DNA of 64,000 nucleotides from Octopus sinensis (taxonomy: Eukaryota). Position numbers and translations under genes: made by a program. The notes under the pieces were generated by a model that was given only the letters and a program-made list of their open reading frames with translations, was not told where the DNA came from and did no database searches. Positions 41,430-56,771 of the stretch are shown piece after piece (positions within the stretch are counted from its first letter, which is position 1; every line of letters starts with the position of its first letter). The stretch is taken from assembly GCF_006345805.1 (NCBI RefSeq), contig NC_042997.1, positions 60,450,001-60,514,000 on the forward strand, given 5' to 3'.

Positions 41430-42681
41430 AGACATACATTAAAGCAAACATGAATATTAAATATATACAAATTCTTTTTGGCAACCAAAAAAAAAAGGAA
41501 AAAAAAAGAATGGATGTAAATATGAAAAGATGAAAAAAAAAACAGAGTGGCAAATGGTTGATCAAGCAGAGATGATAGGGCAATGCTAATAAGTCATTAA
41601 CAAATGATTTGGTACAAATTGCTAAAATCATTTATTCAGTATTTCCTAGAAGATTTGAGTGATATAATACATCATACAGGCAGGTAAAGTAGCTTCGCCT
41701 GCTCACTAATGTGATGGTTATTCAGAATTGGTATGGATTATTAAAATTTAGATCTAGAGAACAAGTGGACGAAGAAAATATGCAGCCCAGCTTACAATCT
41801 GCTATGAACACATTTGTGAAGAGAGTAAAGCAAGAGAGGTGGAGGGGGCATGGGGGAGGGGGATCAGTAGTGAGGGTGGAGATGGGAAAAGGGCCACTGG
41901 ACAATGGTAAAGAATTGATGTTTAGCAAGAGATTACAACCTCCTGCATCCAGCTTTTTTTTGTAGGAAACTTTATCAGTCTTTCTCTTTAGTGGCACCAC
42001 CAAAACTACTGTTTTTTCACAGTATCAATTTGTGTTTAGTGGCTGGTAACTTGCTTCTGTCAACAATACAAAACTTCTCAAAGAAATGTACTGCACAGCT
42101 TCAAATACCCAGCTTTCAAGTGATGAACTCTTACAGATATGACAGATTGCACATCTAGGCAAACATACACATCTTTTGATATTTTCTTTCTTTTCTTTTT
42201 CTTTTCTTTCTTTTTTTTTTTGTCCAATCTTTTCATAGTTTGAAGTTTTTATTCTTTTTTATATTTTAGCTTTTTTACATTTTCTTAATGTTTTCTTCAT
42301 ATTCACATTGGCGCTATAAAGCTTAATGCATATCATTAACATGATGTAGACGGTCACAACCACTCTAGTACAAACATCCTCACAATCAGTTCCAGTTATA
42401 CAGTTGGTTAACAAAAACGAAAAAAAATGCCAACCATCAAAAAGCAACTTTCAGCACGCAAGGGAGAGAGAAAGAGAGAGAGAGAGCAATGGAAACACAC
42501 ACACATACACACACAATATATATATATATATATATAAGATGATAAAGATTAATATAACATAGCCAGACCTGAAGTTGCCATTTTAATGTGTAGACTGTTG
42601 TTAAAAGAATTTATCAACATTGCAATTTGAAGACCTAAATTTCAACTGACCTAGAATATACACATGTTGAGTAGCACTTTT

Positions 42682-42717
<36 letters not shown>

Positions 42718-42732
42718 ATATAAATATATACG

Positions 42733-42763
<31 letters not shown>

Positions 42764-43864
42764 GTGTGTGTGTGCGTGTGTCTAAAGTCTGCAAGACAGT
42801 TGTATTGAATTATTCTACCCTGGACCCCCTCGTTGTACTATTTATTCTACAAGCTTAATTATGGCTTTACAGTCGAAGGGGAAATAACTCTAATTTTCTA
42901 TTTTTCTTTTCTTTTTCCGTGTTTATTCTCACTTTCACTCTTTACATGTAGCTTCTGCTGTTTTTTTTTTTGCTCGTGATTTCTCTTGTATCAGCATCCT
43001 GATATACAAATTGAACAGAACACGTGCTCAGAGTTAGAGATTGCTTGAAGACACAAGGCGTGTTATAAAAACCTGCCTACACCTGCATCTCTGAAGCAAG
43101 AAACTTTCAGTAGCTGGTATCTTTATACAGTGTACATAAAATGATACTAATCTTCACTGCATGGAGTACTTTTTTGTTGACCTTAGGCTTAACGGAACAA
43201 TAAGTTATATATATACGTGAGTGAGTGTGTGTGCACATGCTTTGCAGTTTATCCTACAGTGTTTAAGAAAACACAAAACTAATTTAACATCTAATTCCTT
43301 TATCTAAATTGAATCCAAAGCAAATGAAAAGTAACAAACTAATAACGTTATGTTTTCGGTTGCCCCACGACCACTCCCACCAAAAAAAAAAATAATAATA
43401 AAGTCACAAAATTTTATGAAGGAATACCATGAAGTAAACTGCTTAAGCAAATTATAACCACCACTACTTATTTAATAAACAGATCACAGAGAATTAAAAA
43501 GTGAAGCGAATTCCAGCAGTGTTTGATTGTAGAACCAGGTTAGGCAAGAGTAATAAGTATTTAGTGCAGCAATTGATCACTATTACCAATAATAGTATTA
43601 CCTTAATAGTATAGCAATAAGAGAAAAAAACCCTAAAAGCTTTATGTACCTATTAGTTAGGTGTCTTGTCAGCAGACGATAATGATAACTCTTGCAGCAA
43701 AATATGAGGGATAAGAGCGAAAAGTCCAATGGTTTCTCCACACAATCACTGCAACACTCAGGTGTAAATTACTTTATGCTATACTGAGTGTAAAGAGTAA
43801 TGGGCTATCAACACAAAAGCTATCTTCCTTGTAGCAAGTGTAAAAGGAAAATTTTTATAATTTT

Positions 43865-43901
<37 letters not shown>

Positions 43902-44870
43902 CGGTGGTGGTGGTTGAAGCAGTAGCAATTTGACAACAAATATATCCTCATCTATAAACAGTTTTCAGCCTTAAACATTGCACACATTCAACAAAAAGTC
44001 TGCACTGGCAACAGATTAATTTTTTAGAAAAGGAAAAGTTCTTTACATATGTGTCACCTTTCAAACTTGACAAAATGTTTTGTATTGAAATGTATAAATT
44101 TAATTTCTCTCTCTCTCTATCTCTCTCTCTCTTTCAGACACACACACCAAAAAAAAAATACATAACTGATAAAAGCTTTGAAGCTTCCCAACAATTAGTC
44201 TTTCAGTCTGCCTACAAGAATAATCAGTAACAAAGATACTGATGTTATATACAATGATAATGAGTGTATGACAATGATTACATAATAACAATCTTCACAG
44301 TCCTTCAAATGTTAAAGGGAATCTATGAAAATAGAATGGAGGCAGTGTATAAACAGTTTCTATGATTAGAGAACATACTTAATGAGTTAACACTACAACA
44401 TTTGACATCAGAACTAAATTACTTCTGTAACATATGTATGTATATATATATATATATATACCTCGTGGTGAAAAGGAAAATTCTAGATCGTGTTTTAAAA
44501 AGAATTGAAAATCTTATTTTTCTGATTGGGAAGTTAAAAAGGTTTGCCAGTACAAAAGTTAATGAGTGACTTATTTGGCCAACATAAAATCCTTCAAAAC
44601 TGATTTCTTAGGCACAAGATCACAATTCTACAGTTGAAAGAAGTGAGACATTGCAATGTCCAAGCCTCTTTCTAAAAGGATATTAGTAGTACATATGAAG
44701 AAAACCCTCTCTACTTCCTAACTTATACTATTCCTTTACTGGTTCCAGCCAATGAGTTGTGGCTATGCTGAATATCATTACACCGATATGATACAATACT
44801 TCCAAATAATGAAGTTGAATGACCACTATGAAACTATGAGGCAAATGAAATTCTTACATGCTGATATCCA

Positions 44871-44903
<33 letters not shown>

Positions 44904-46911
44904 AACTGTTGCATTACTGAAACCTAAGTTTGTAGATTTGCATATGCCACATTCCTTGAATAATGTCTGTTAATTAAGTAGAGTTAAACCTGGTGGAGCA
45001 GAAACAAGATTTCTCAATTGGAATAAAACATTGTAAATGAGGTGTCAACCATCTAATTAAACAAAAAAATTTTTTTGACTAGGAACCAAGGAGATTAGTC
45101 ATGATTCTACACTGACAATAACTCTGCTCAGAATGTCAGAACTCATATGGCACATAAACTTATCTTAGCTTATAAATTTTGTTATCCAAACATGAAGTGT
45201 AATATTATATAAAAACAAAAACTTGAACCAAATATAAAACTTATATTAACCAATGTAACAATGCCAAAATTCTTTAATACAATGTATGTGCTTGGTCTCT
45301 ATTAGTTGATTCTCACAAACAAATATAATCAACTTCTGACATTCAATAGCAGTGTATTAAATAATAGTGTCATTTCATAAGATGTTACACATCAGTGAGT
45401 TCATTAAAAAAGATAAAAAATTTTTTTTTAATGTAGTAGATAAAATATTAACAGCAGTTAAATATAGATAAGAAATTAATCTATTATAATGTTCAATTTG
45501 ATATAATGCGGATACTGAAAGTAAAAAAAAACAACAACTAATCTATAGCTTATTTTTGTCTATGTTTTTTTTTATGTTCATGTTTAAGCAGAAAATAAAA
45601 AAAGAAACATTCGGGAACGCTTTACCACTTAAAGGATTGTGTAGTTGAATGCATTATGAGCCATCAGCATTAGGGATCACAAAGAAAGCTCAGTTTACAA
45701 CAACAACAAGATGAACAACATTGGGAAGGGGCATTAAAATGTGGGTTATGGAAGAATATTAATTTTCTTTCAGAATCTTGGTATTGAAGGAGAGCAACAG
45801 TAGAGCCCAGTATGGGAACTAGGTATTAAGAGAGTGGAGCAAATAGAGCTTCAAACATCTCTTGCTCCTCTTCCCAGCACATACTTCTAAAAACTGGTTA
45901 TGGAACTTTTAAAAAAAATGTTTTAATTAAAACACTTTTTAAAATATAAAAAGAAAAAGTGAGGCAGTCAACCTATCACATTTTTAAGCAGAAGAAAGGC
46001 AATTAAAAAATAAACAAACAAGTTCTCTTTTTTTTTTCTTTCTGGATTCTTTTTGTTATTTTCTCTTTATACTAGTGTATCACTTTGATGTGCATGTTCA
46101 CCTGTTGGTGCTCAATGATGCAACAGATGAAGTACTTAGAAAACACCAGTTATCATAGTTTGTAAAAAAAGTTTGTAATTCATTGTAATTAGATGCAGAT
46201 CCTGATTTTATGAGACATGTTGCATTAGTGATTTGTCTACATTGATAAATTATTGATGTTGAAAATATACAGAAAAATACATACAAAAAATAGAGCAGTG
46301 TTTTTCCTTATAACCTTAATCTGGAGGAAACAAACCAAAAGTAGGCTTCATGCTGGAACCAACTTTTGGTTAGAGATAATGTTAGTATGAATTTAGTAAT
46401 GATGGTTTAAGTTACATTTCTCCTTTTTTTCTTTCTTTTTTTTCTTCTTTATCTTATTCCCCCACTTCTATAGCAGTGTTTCAACTTCACATCAAAAGTT
46501 GCCAAAATTAAACCCACAATGGCAAACAAGGAGAGAATCAACTTCCTTTACTACAAGTTTCAGATACCATAACCAGTTCTGAAAAGCTGACTGAGTGAAA
46601 AATCAAGAGACTTTAGGTAAAGAGAAGTGGCCAAAAAGTTGAGAGGGAAGAAGTACAACATATGCTCATGTAAAGGGGGAAGAATGCAAATATTCTTCAT
46701 AAAAAAAAAGTTTAAAAAATACAAAAAAATCTCATGTATAATTCTTTTGTTACATCACAAAACAAATGGATGCACCCTTTATTAATAGGCTGCAGGGGTG
46801 CAAATAATAATGATGATAACATTAATAATGCTTTTATGTTGCACCACAAAAGGATAAATCCAAAGCAGTTAGGTCCCACAGATGATGATGACAATAATAT
46901 TAACTTCTTAC

Positions 46912-46914
<3 letters not shown>

Positions 46915-47001
<87 letters not shown>
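46915..47001. repeat. (AAT)n microsatellite; another at ~48133-48183
   Basis: Seen directly; one interruption near 46951. Confidence 0.95.
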
Positions 47002-47826
47002 TGAATTCAAGAATAATTGGTAAATGATATAAAGAAACAAAATCATTAAAAAGTTTTGTATCATCATCATGTCTATTATTTAAATTCTGCTTTAATTTTA
47101 CTTAAATAAGAGGGAGCTAATTTTTACATTTACTTCTTTTGTCAACATGATCATTAAGATGCATTAAAATGGTGACAACCAACATAAGCAGTGACATTGC
47201 CACAAACATTAAGCGATGCCTTCTGAAAACACCAAGTAAGAAACTTTGTCTGTGCTCATTCAAAAGTAACTGCAGGTTTATTAGCATAACCTCTTTAGCA
47301 TTTCAAACAATTTCTTACAGAAGAGGAAGCTAATAAAAAGGTTCAATATTGTTATGAGAGAGAAATTTTTAAATTTTTTTTTCCATTTTGTATTTCAGTT
47401 AATAATTGTTATATAAATCAATATTTTGAACACATGACAAGTGATTGGAGCAAAAATGCAAACTGCACCAGAGGTCAGTTTGTTTTACTGACTACATAAA
47501 CAAGAAACAAGGCAGACAGCAGCCTATCCTAGATTTGTGCGGATCTCCTTCAATATTAATTGTTGATCAGCCATATGTGTTGAACATTAACTGAACGGGG
47601 GAGATAGCTAGGAAAGGACTGCAGAATAAGAGAGCAATAGAAACCAGACATTAAAAAAAATTGTAGCTTTTAAATACAAAAATGATGGCAATGATAATAA
47701 CAATAATAGTGTATTTAAGTATGTGTGTATGTGTATGTGTGTGCACATGTTTATATATATTGTGTGCATATGTGTGTGTGTGAGTATATAGTAATGCTTG
47801 AATGAACACATACACACACAGGTATA

Positions 47827-47906
<80 letters not shown>

Positions 47907-48132
47907 ATATGTATGTATACTGATGTTTGCATGTGTATTTATGAATGCAAAATTAAATTTATGTGTGTGTATATGTAATTAATAATGAGGGAAAAAATAT
48001 GCTCTCGAAAGATCCACCTGATGGAACACTTGAAAATACCCAAGTATCAAGTTATGATCGAGGTATGACTCTGGTATGAAAGAAAAACAAAATTTGGAAC
48101 ACAAATGAATAATATTAATATTATTATTATAA

Positions 48133-48183
<51 letters not shown>

Positions 48184-48973
48184 TGAACATGAAGAAAAAA
48201 TATGAATATGTTGATTATTTTACAATTTTTTTTTAGACAATGATGATGATAGCAAATGAGGCCTAGTATAAATGGTCTTGGAATAAGGCATTGATTGGAC
48301 ATGAAATCTTCCAAAACAGTGACATTTGAAATGATTTCTTATTGTAAGCTACTGTGAGGTCACTTTACTAACAAAAATTCCACAAGTTAAATTCCCTTAC
48401 AGAAAAAGGTCTATGCCTGCCTATCTAGCATATGAGAAATATATGCTGAACATTGTTGGTAATAGACCAATCTCTATAGCCTTATTAATATATAAAATAA
48501 ATAAAAAATTTTTAAAAATGATAACACATCTGTGGTTATATTCTATTTCCACTAACCCACTCAAGCTGAATGAAAAAAAAAACTAGAGAGGTTATGATAA
48601 ATCAGAAATTTGATTTTATTAATAGTTCAGTAAGAACTAAAATCCTATTCAGTCAATTGAATGAGAAGGGGACATTTTATTTTTAATTCAAAGACACAAA
48701 ACAAAAATTTAGGTAGAGAAAAAAAATAAAAATAAAGTATTCTTGACTCTCCTGAAGTAACAGTAATTAAACAAATAAACAAAAAAAAATCTGCCAAACT
48801 GAAAACTACTGTGTTTATTTATTTGACAATATCTAGTTTATAGGTAACCTAAAACTTAAGAATAGCTTTGTGATTTAAAAATATAGGATGCTTCATTAAT
48901 ACTACAAACTTTAAAAATTCAGGAAATACCTAGTTTTATTAATTTGTTTTATATAATTACACACATGTATATG

Positions 48974-49006
<33 letters not shown>

Positions 49007-52000
49007 GTGTGCATGTATGCATGTATACAAGTTAGTAAAAGGAGATAGAGCAATGCTCATAACTTTTGCAGGCCCACTTAGGATACTGAGATTAGTATGG
49101 TTGATGCCCAGGTAGAAATAATCTGTGGGCTGATGTTTGCAGGAAAAACAAAATACAAAAATTGAAAAGGAAAGGAATTCCAATCTTTTAATCAAAAACT
49201 TTTTTTTAATTAAAGTTTCAGTTTTCATTTAAATCTTCTGACACAAAAATATAAACAATCCCAAGGATCCAAACAGCTTCATTGGTCAACTTAAAAGTTT
49301 ATGTTTTGATACTGAGATAAACAGCATTAAATACATTACACACAAATACAATCAACTACATACATCAGGAGCAGCTGAATAAATAAGGGATCTATGTCAC
49401 AAGTTGGAAACCTAAGCCAAATCTACCATCTTGGAATCAAGAATAAAAGAGAAACTGAACAAAGACAGTGTATTATCAGGACTGGAGATATTTTTGATGT
49501 AGTCATCTATTAATTTTATCATTAATTTTTTTTCCAACTCAATAAATGATTTAGGGTAAACTAAGCTAGTCCAAAGTTATTTTTCAATGATTTACAAATA
49601 AAAGCAGTAATATCCCTCCTCACAAATTGACTGACAAAGAAAACTCCTCTGAGCTGTACCTTGACTGATACATTTCAATTTATCTTTATATCTCAGTTTG
49701 TACTCTTTAGACAGTTTATCAAGTGCTATCAGACCAAAGATCATTGAATTCATTTCTGAAGATGACTACTTCAACAATGTTTGGAAAATTCACAAAAATG
49801 AACAAATCAAATAATCCTACAATAGATTTCGCCAATCTAATTAATAAAATGTTTCTAATCAATTGTACGTGGACTGTTTGGAGACTGTGAAGGGTCATGT
49901 ACACCTATGTTGGTGGGGTAGTGCTGAAGTGAATTTATATTAAAAAAAAAAAATTGATAAGCAATGTGCTGATGCCACCATGTGAGATATAACTAAGATG
50001 GTATTGTAGAGCCACTTCAACAAACAATATGCATAGAAGCCTAAACTGCATCCTTTGGACAGCAAACACATAGCCTAATCCATCAGAAATAGAATATTTT
50101 GGTAAGGTGTGTTAAAATTCTCCAACTATAAATATGGTATGAAATTCCTAAAACAATCAGCTTGCTCATAATATAAGAAGACAAGCACCATTCAATGATA
50201 AGGAAGTAATTAACTGTTTATTTTTAAAAAATGAACACCAAAAAGTCAATCACATGAGAAACAGTTTTAAAAAGACACAATGCTGACTGTTTAGAATTTC
50301 TAAATATAAAGATAGGATACCCCAAAATTATCTCATAGTTGGACTAACCTTTCGGGAGATAAAGTTAGAGTAGAACAAAACTAAAGTTCAATCAGTCTAA
50401 GAAGAAATAAGATTTACTCTTGATCAGGCAAACAAAATTCTGTATTTATTAAAGGATTACATTGTATTAATTTTATATATATAATTTATTTCTGTAGTTC
50501 TAAACAGGGATTATATGAGTCAATGATTTCATTTTAAATAAATATCTTTACATTCATCATTAACTTTATGATGACCACCATCACTATTATTTTGTGAATC
50601 ATTAATCGTGAAATTCATACACAATATATAGAAGATGGTATTGAGAAAGGAATTATCAATGAAAATATGTCAAATAAAGTATACGAAGAAAATGAGAATA
50701 ATAGTATGAAAGTAAATTATTGATTTAACAGTGATTATTCTCCTGATTATATTCCTAACTGTTAACTGAACTGTTGTACTTAGAGAAAAATTAATATTAA
50801 TCAGAAACATCTTTTTTTCTCAATCTTTTTTCTTCTAGTAAATCTCAAAAGACATTTATTTTTTTAATGGTCTTTTAATAGATATTTATCTTATGCCAGC
50901 TATGTGAAACATGGAAAAGTGGTATCAAGGACTGGATTTTATACCACCTTTAGTAGATAACTAAGCAAAACCAACTAATAAGCACAATACATTACTAAAC
51001 TCCACCACATCAAAAGTATGCTATTTTCATAAGTAACAATTCATACCATCAAAGCTATCATTATGAATTACTTATGTCCCTGCCACACAAGATGAAACTA
51101 AGCTAATATTTAGAATTCAAGGAAATACTTTGTAGATATATTATTTACATATTTGGTGGTTTATTTTCATTATCTTCTCAAAATAAAAATTTGGAATGCA
51201 GTTAACAAGTATGTAAAATAAACCATAAATACATAAATAGAGTTAAAAATTAAGAAAATATATGCTTTCATGAAATAAGTGACTATATTTTTGGTAAACG
51301 AATCTCACATTTAATTTTTAATAAAGTGTGCAACCTTATGTGAAACCTGAGGAAAGACTGCAACAAAATATACTAAAAAATGATGTATTTATCACTAATC
51401 ATTATTAATCTTATTCATCCTGCCAGTCAGGAGTAATTCAAATTCTGAAGAATAATTTATGAGTAAATGCATTCCTTATTTCTCATCATCATTATTGCAT
51501 GTGTTTCAATGTTTCTCAAGTAAAATGTATTTAAATTGGTTTTATCATATCGAAAACAATACTGGCTTTATACAGCAACTGAGATGAGGAGAAGTGTTGA
51601 CCTTGTTCAGGCAGTGGCAGCGATTATATTTCCTGATTATAGCAACATGATGGTTTCTCATTATACTTGAAGAAGTGACTTTATAAAAGATTAAATATGA
51701 CACTCATTACATGTAAATATGGTCATCTACTTTAACAAGGTGAATGGTTGTTATGAAAATATAATTTTCCCCAAATATAAATATACCTATACACTCAGGT
51801 ATACATACAAATCATATATATCTAGTAAATAGAAAATTTATGATGCATTTGTTTTAGTAAAAACAAAACTAATTCTTTGATTTGAACACAAACAACTATA
51901 AACTTACATTTCATAATTTAAAATTGATAATAAACACATAAATTAAGGATTCCCACAAATCTTACACACTAACACAGCATTGATGAAACTACATCTAAAA

Positions 52001-52959
52001 GCTAACCTACATTTATGTGTGCACACACACACACAGAAGCAGTTATCATCAAATCATCTAATAAAGACACTTTGCAAGTGAGTATGATTCTCCTCAATGT
52101 ACACTGGCCTCTTTCTTGAGATATATATAATACATTTAGATATATATATATATATATATATATATAACATCAATAAATTTACATGTCATCAACAATATGT
52201 ATAAAAAGAAATAAATATCAATAGCTGCATACCTAATGTATGTCATATTTTACATCTGTAATGAACAGCTTCCTAAAAATGGTGAGACTGTTTTCCATTA
52301 AGTTGCTTTTCTTTGATTCCTTTATAAAGTTAGCTACACAGTCCATAACATAATATAAAAAAAACTCTTTATCTTAAGTGAAATAAATATATGCAAAAAC
52401 CTACATGTAATTTAATATTGATAACATTCAAATGATAATTAGGAAACAGTAATGTCTGTTTATTTTTTGCAATTATTGTTCTATATATATCCCACAAAAC
52501 ATCTAAACCAAACTAATATTGTTTAAAATATTTAAATGTGAAAGAAAAAGGAAGACAATAAATTAACCTTGTGTCTTTTGACCTATAAATGTACGATGAA
52601 AAAGGATGTGAACAGATGCTTCCCAAGTAGTAAGTTGAGACAGTTAACACAGCAGAGTTTAGAATTTCCTACAACTATCAAGAGCTAGTAGGTAGAAATA
52701 GATGTTTCTACAATATTGGTAAATAACACAGTAGTTAGTGGACAGAGAATAATTACATTAGTTACTAAATAGACAAGTTATTGTTTTTGTTTTTAGCCCT
52801 TTTTTTCCTCTTACATTAGAATGCAATAATTTTCCAAACAGTGAATCCTAAAATACTGAAAAAATATAGTAAATTTTGAAAAATAACTGGATGAGATAGA
52901 AAACATGAGTAAAATAATTAACTGCAATTTACACACAAATTTTCAATAGTATCAAATAG

Positions 52960-53016
52960 TTAATATATATATATATATATATATAATATAATATAATATA
53001 TAATATAATATATATA

Positions 53017-53057
<41 letters not shown>

Positions 53058-53150
53058 ATATATATATAATATAACATAATATAATATAATAATATATATA
53101 TATATATATAATATATAATATAATATAATATATATATATAATATAATATA

Positions 53151-53195
<45 letters not shown>
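52960..53195. repeat. AT-only low-complexity tract
   Basis: About 236 bp of TA/TAA units with a single C (53075) and no G. Confidence 0.95.
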
Positions 53196-53198
<3 letters not shown>

Positions 53199-53759
53199 TC
53201 AGAGAGAAATTAAACTACTCATTGTAAATGAAATCAAGAGAGTCGAGAAATAATTGGAATATGACAGATGAAAGTACATAAAGAATATTTGTCTTTGAAT
53301 TTAAAGAAAAATATAGAAAAATAGAAATTAAGAAAAAAATAATAAATCAAGGAGGAAATAGCCAGGATGATATCACTGGGTGAAAAGAGTATATTAAAGC
53401 ACTTTCTCTATTATGGATGCTCTATTATATTTCACTGACCGTATTAAAACAGCTCCCATTTGTTTATCCATAATGTAAAAGATTATGAAGAAATCCATTA
53501 AAAAATTTCATATTGCTAAAGAATCCTTCATGGAGTATTAAATAATAGTTAACAATGAGAAATTTAAATTTTATATTCAATAATTGTTTTCTTATGTAGG
53601 CATGAGGCCCAAGATATATAGGGGCAGGGACAAAACAGAAAAATGTGACATTCATACCTTTCCCAAGGGCATTAGCAACGTAAGTAAAGAGAACTCGCTC
53701 CTCCAATGATAATTGAGTCCATTACTGGGAGCTTACCTCTACTCTACGGAACTCCCCAC

Positions 53760-53842
53760 TACATATGTATGCATACATACACATATAGGTGTGTGTGTGT
53801 GTGTGCATTCATATATAGACATGTATATGTGTGTGTGGGTGG

Positions 53843-53881
<39 letters not shown>

Positions 53882-54090
53882 CACACACACAAACATGTAT
53901 CTATATCTACAAATATATATATATATATCTGAATATTCATATATATATATATGCATATGAACAGACATGTGCTTGTATTTGTATTTGTTTGTGTCTGTAT
54001 ACATATATATAAATACATACACATACATACATTCAAATATACAGGAATATATTATACACATATAGTCAAATATACATAGACATGTGTGTG

Positions 54091-54134
<44 letters not shown>

Positions 54135-55177
54135 TGCATGCACATACACACATATATAATTATATACATGTATATATGCATATATTCATACATATACATA
54201 TATACACACACACACTTATATACATAAATGTAGAGATACACACATATATACCTATATATACATACACCTACATGTGTGTATATATATATATATTCATATA
54301 CACACATACACACACATATATATATATATATATTATATATATATATATATATACATACACACTCATATGTAGATATATATACATATATATATACACACAC
54401 ACATACATACATACGACCATACATACACATGTACATATATACATATACATACAAATAAATTAACACACGCACACACATATTCATTGGTGCATGCATGGTT
54501 GTGTCTTTATGAACTTCACTCTGCAATCACACACTTTCAGGTTTAGTCCAATTGGGTGGGATCTTAACCATTTAGCATTCAAATCTAAAGCTTATTTAAT
54601 CACATTGCTTTGAATAAATCTGACATTATCTTGTAGGTCTGAGATTTTGATTATGTGATTGCTTATTTTTAGAATGACATTGCAGGATAGGTGTGACACA
54701 CCAAACCTAGCCAGCTTGAACATAAAACAGGTAGAATATTCGGGCCAGATATGGCTGACTTGAATGGTAAAAGGTTAAGAAGGTATCTTCTGCTTTAGGC
54801 CCAAGTCAACGCAAACCTTTCCCAGGATGTTTGGTAGGTTGAAAGTGTAAAAAAAACATTTTGTATATGTATACATATGTGTGTGTACATGTGTGTGCAT
54901 GTGTGTTTCTTCACATCTGCACTCACTTATTCGAAAGTAATGTTCAGGTGGTGTCGTTGCTTCCCCAATCAACGACTTGTTTGCTCACTTCATGCCATGA
55001 AAGCCATGTGGCATAACAGATTCTTGAACAGAGAAACAAGTCAGAATTAATATCAATAATGGCACACACCCATAAACAATGCTTCGATAACATATTCATC
55101 TAGTCTATGCTGGACAGCAAAACAGATGAAAACAAAGCAGACACATTCATTTGAATTATACATCATACAAATCTGTA

Positions 55178-55230
<53 letters not shown>

Positions 55231-55753
55231 CAACACACACACACTCATATACATAAAATGCATTCATTTTAAATATACATGTATATACATGCATACATAC
55301 ACAAATACATGTATATATATATTTGTCTATGTATATATGTGTGTGTGTGTTTGTGTGTATGTGTCTATACATGCATGCATGTAGGTACATATCTTTTATA
55401 TATATTTATCTCTTTCCTTTTATTTGATCTTCAAACACACACACATATATATATATATATGGGTGTGTGTGTGTGTGTGTGTATACATACATGCGTGCGT
55501 GTATGCACATGCACAGATATACATATTTATAATCTGAAATATACAATACAAATATGTATATGAGATAGTATTCCTTAACTATCTGTCTGTTTATCTATGC
55601 AAACATATATAGACATATATACACACATACGCACACAGCTACATGTGAATGTATATATAAAAACACATATCTGTAAATATATATATATATACATACATAT
55701 ATATATATATATGGATAGGATACATATAGATATAGATATACAGATATAAATAT

Positions 55754-55839
<86 letters not shown>

Positions 55840-55887
55840 AAATTAATTTCATATGAAATACATATACAATTTATATATACAACATAT

Positions 55888-55946
<59 letters not shown>

Positions 55947-56018
55947 CACACACACACAAGATTAATTCCATGTGATATATGTATATAATTCATATATTTG
56001 CATATACATCACAAATAT

Positions 56019-56071
<53 letters not shown>

Positions 56072-56475
56072 TCATTGTTACAAAGAGAATCTGACATGAA
56101 GAAGGAATTGTTTTCACAGCTGCATTTTTACATTATTTTTATATGGAAAAAATATGGAACATAAAATCTTCTTGATGCTTTTGTTTTCTTAAAAAAAGAT
56201 TTCACACACACACACATATATATACATACATACATACATACACAAACACACACGTGTATGTATTGCATATATGTATATAGCTTGCATACATATGCAAGCA
56301 AATATATGTATGTATGCATATATATTATATATATATATACACACACACACATATAGGTGTGAGCAAATGTATATATGTGTGAGTGTGTATGTGTCTGTGT
56401 GTTGTAAAACAATATATACATACATACATATATGTGTGTGTATGAATGTATAAAACCACATATGTATATATATAT
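53760..56475. repeat. Compound (TA)n/(CA)n/(TACA)n microsatellite field
   Basis: Dense alternating purine-pyrimidine repeats; source of the many YI/HT/CV-rich pseudo-ORFs. Confidence 0.9.
54564..54778 (+). mobile_element. piggyBac-type MITE, family B
   Basis: TTAACCATTTAGCATT ... AATGGTAAAAGGTTAA with the family B interior. Confidence 0.75.
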
Positions 56476-56771
56476 GAAACCTTCTTCAGCTCATGTTCTA
56501 TAACCTAGGTTGAATGTGCAACTGAGAGTACAGGAACCATGGTGAATGAATGTTAAAATGAAAGAAAAAAAATTGAAAGAAAATTGGGAAAAATAATGAA
56601 CAGACTGCCTCACCTGATTGCAGTCAACTGCCAGAGTTATGTGGTGTACATGTGGTACATTAATACACCACAGCATTGTACTTACAACACAATCACCCTT
56701 CTGGTAGCAGTCATCACTGATATACGCACACACATACTTAGCAAACACACAAGTTAAATGATTAGAGTGGC

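Noticed and set aside
41400-53400. Possible hidden gene in the TE-poor block
   Set aside because: No ORF with recognisable motifs and no chain of in-phase exons on either strand; a UTR or intergenic reading is simpler.
53706-56461. Many 60-255 aa ORFs rich in Y/I/H/T/C/V (including the 255-aa ORF 53759-54526)
   Set aside because: They are translations of (TA)n/(CA)n microsatellites, with no splice or codon evidence.
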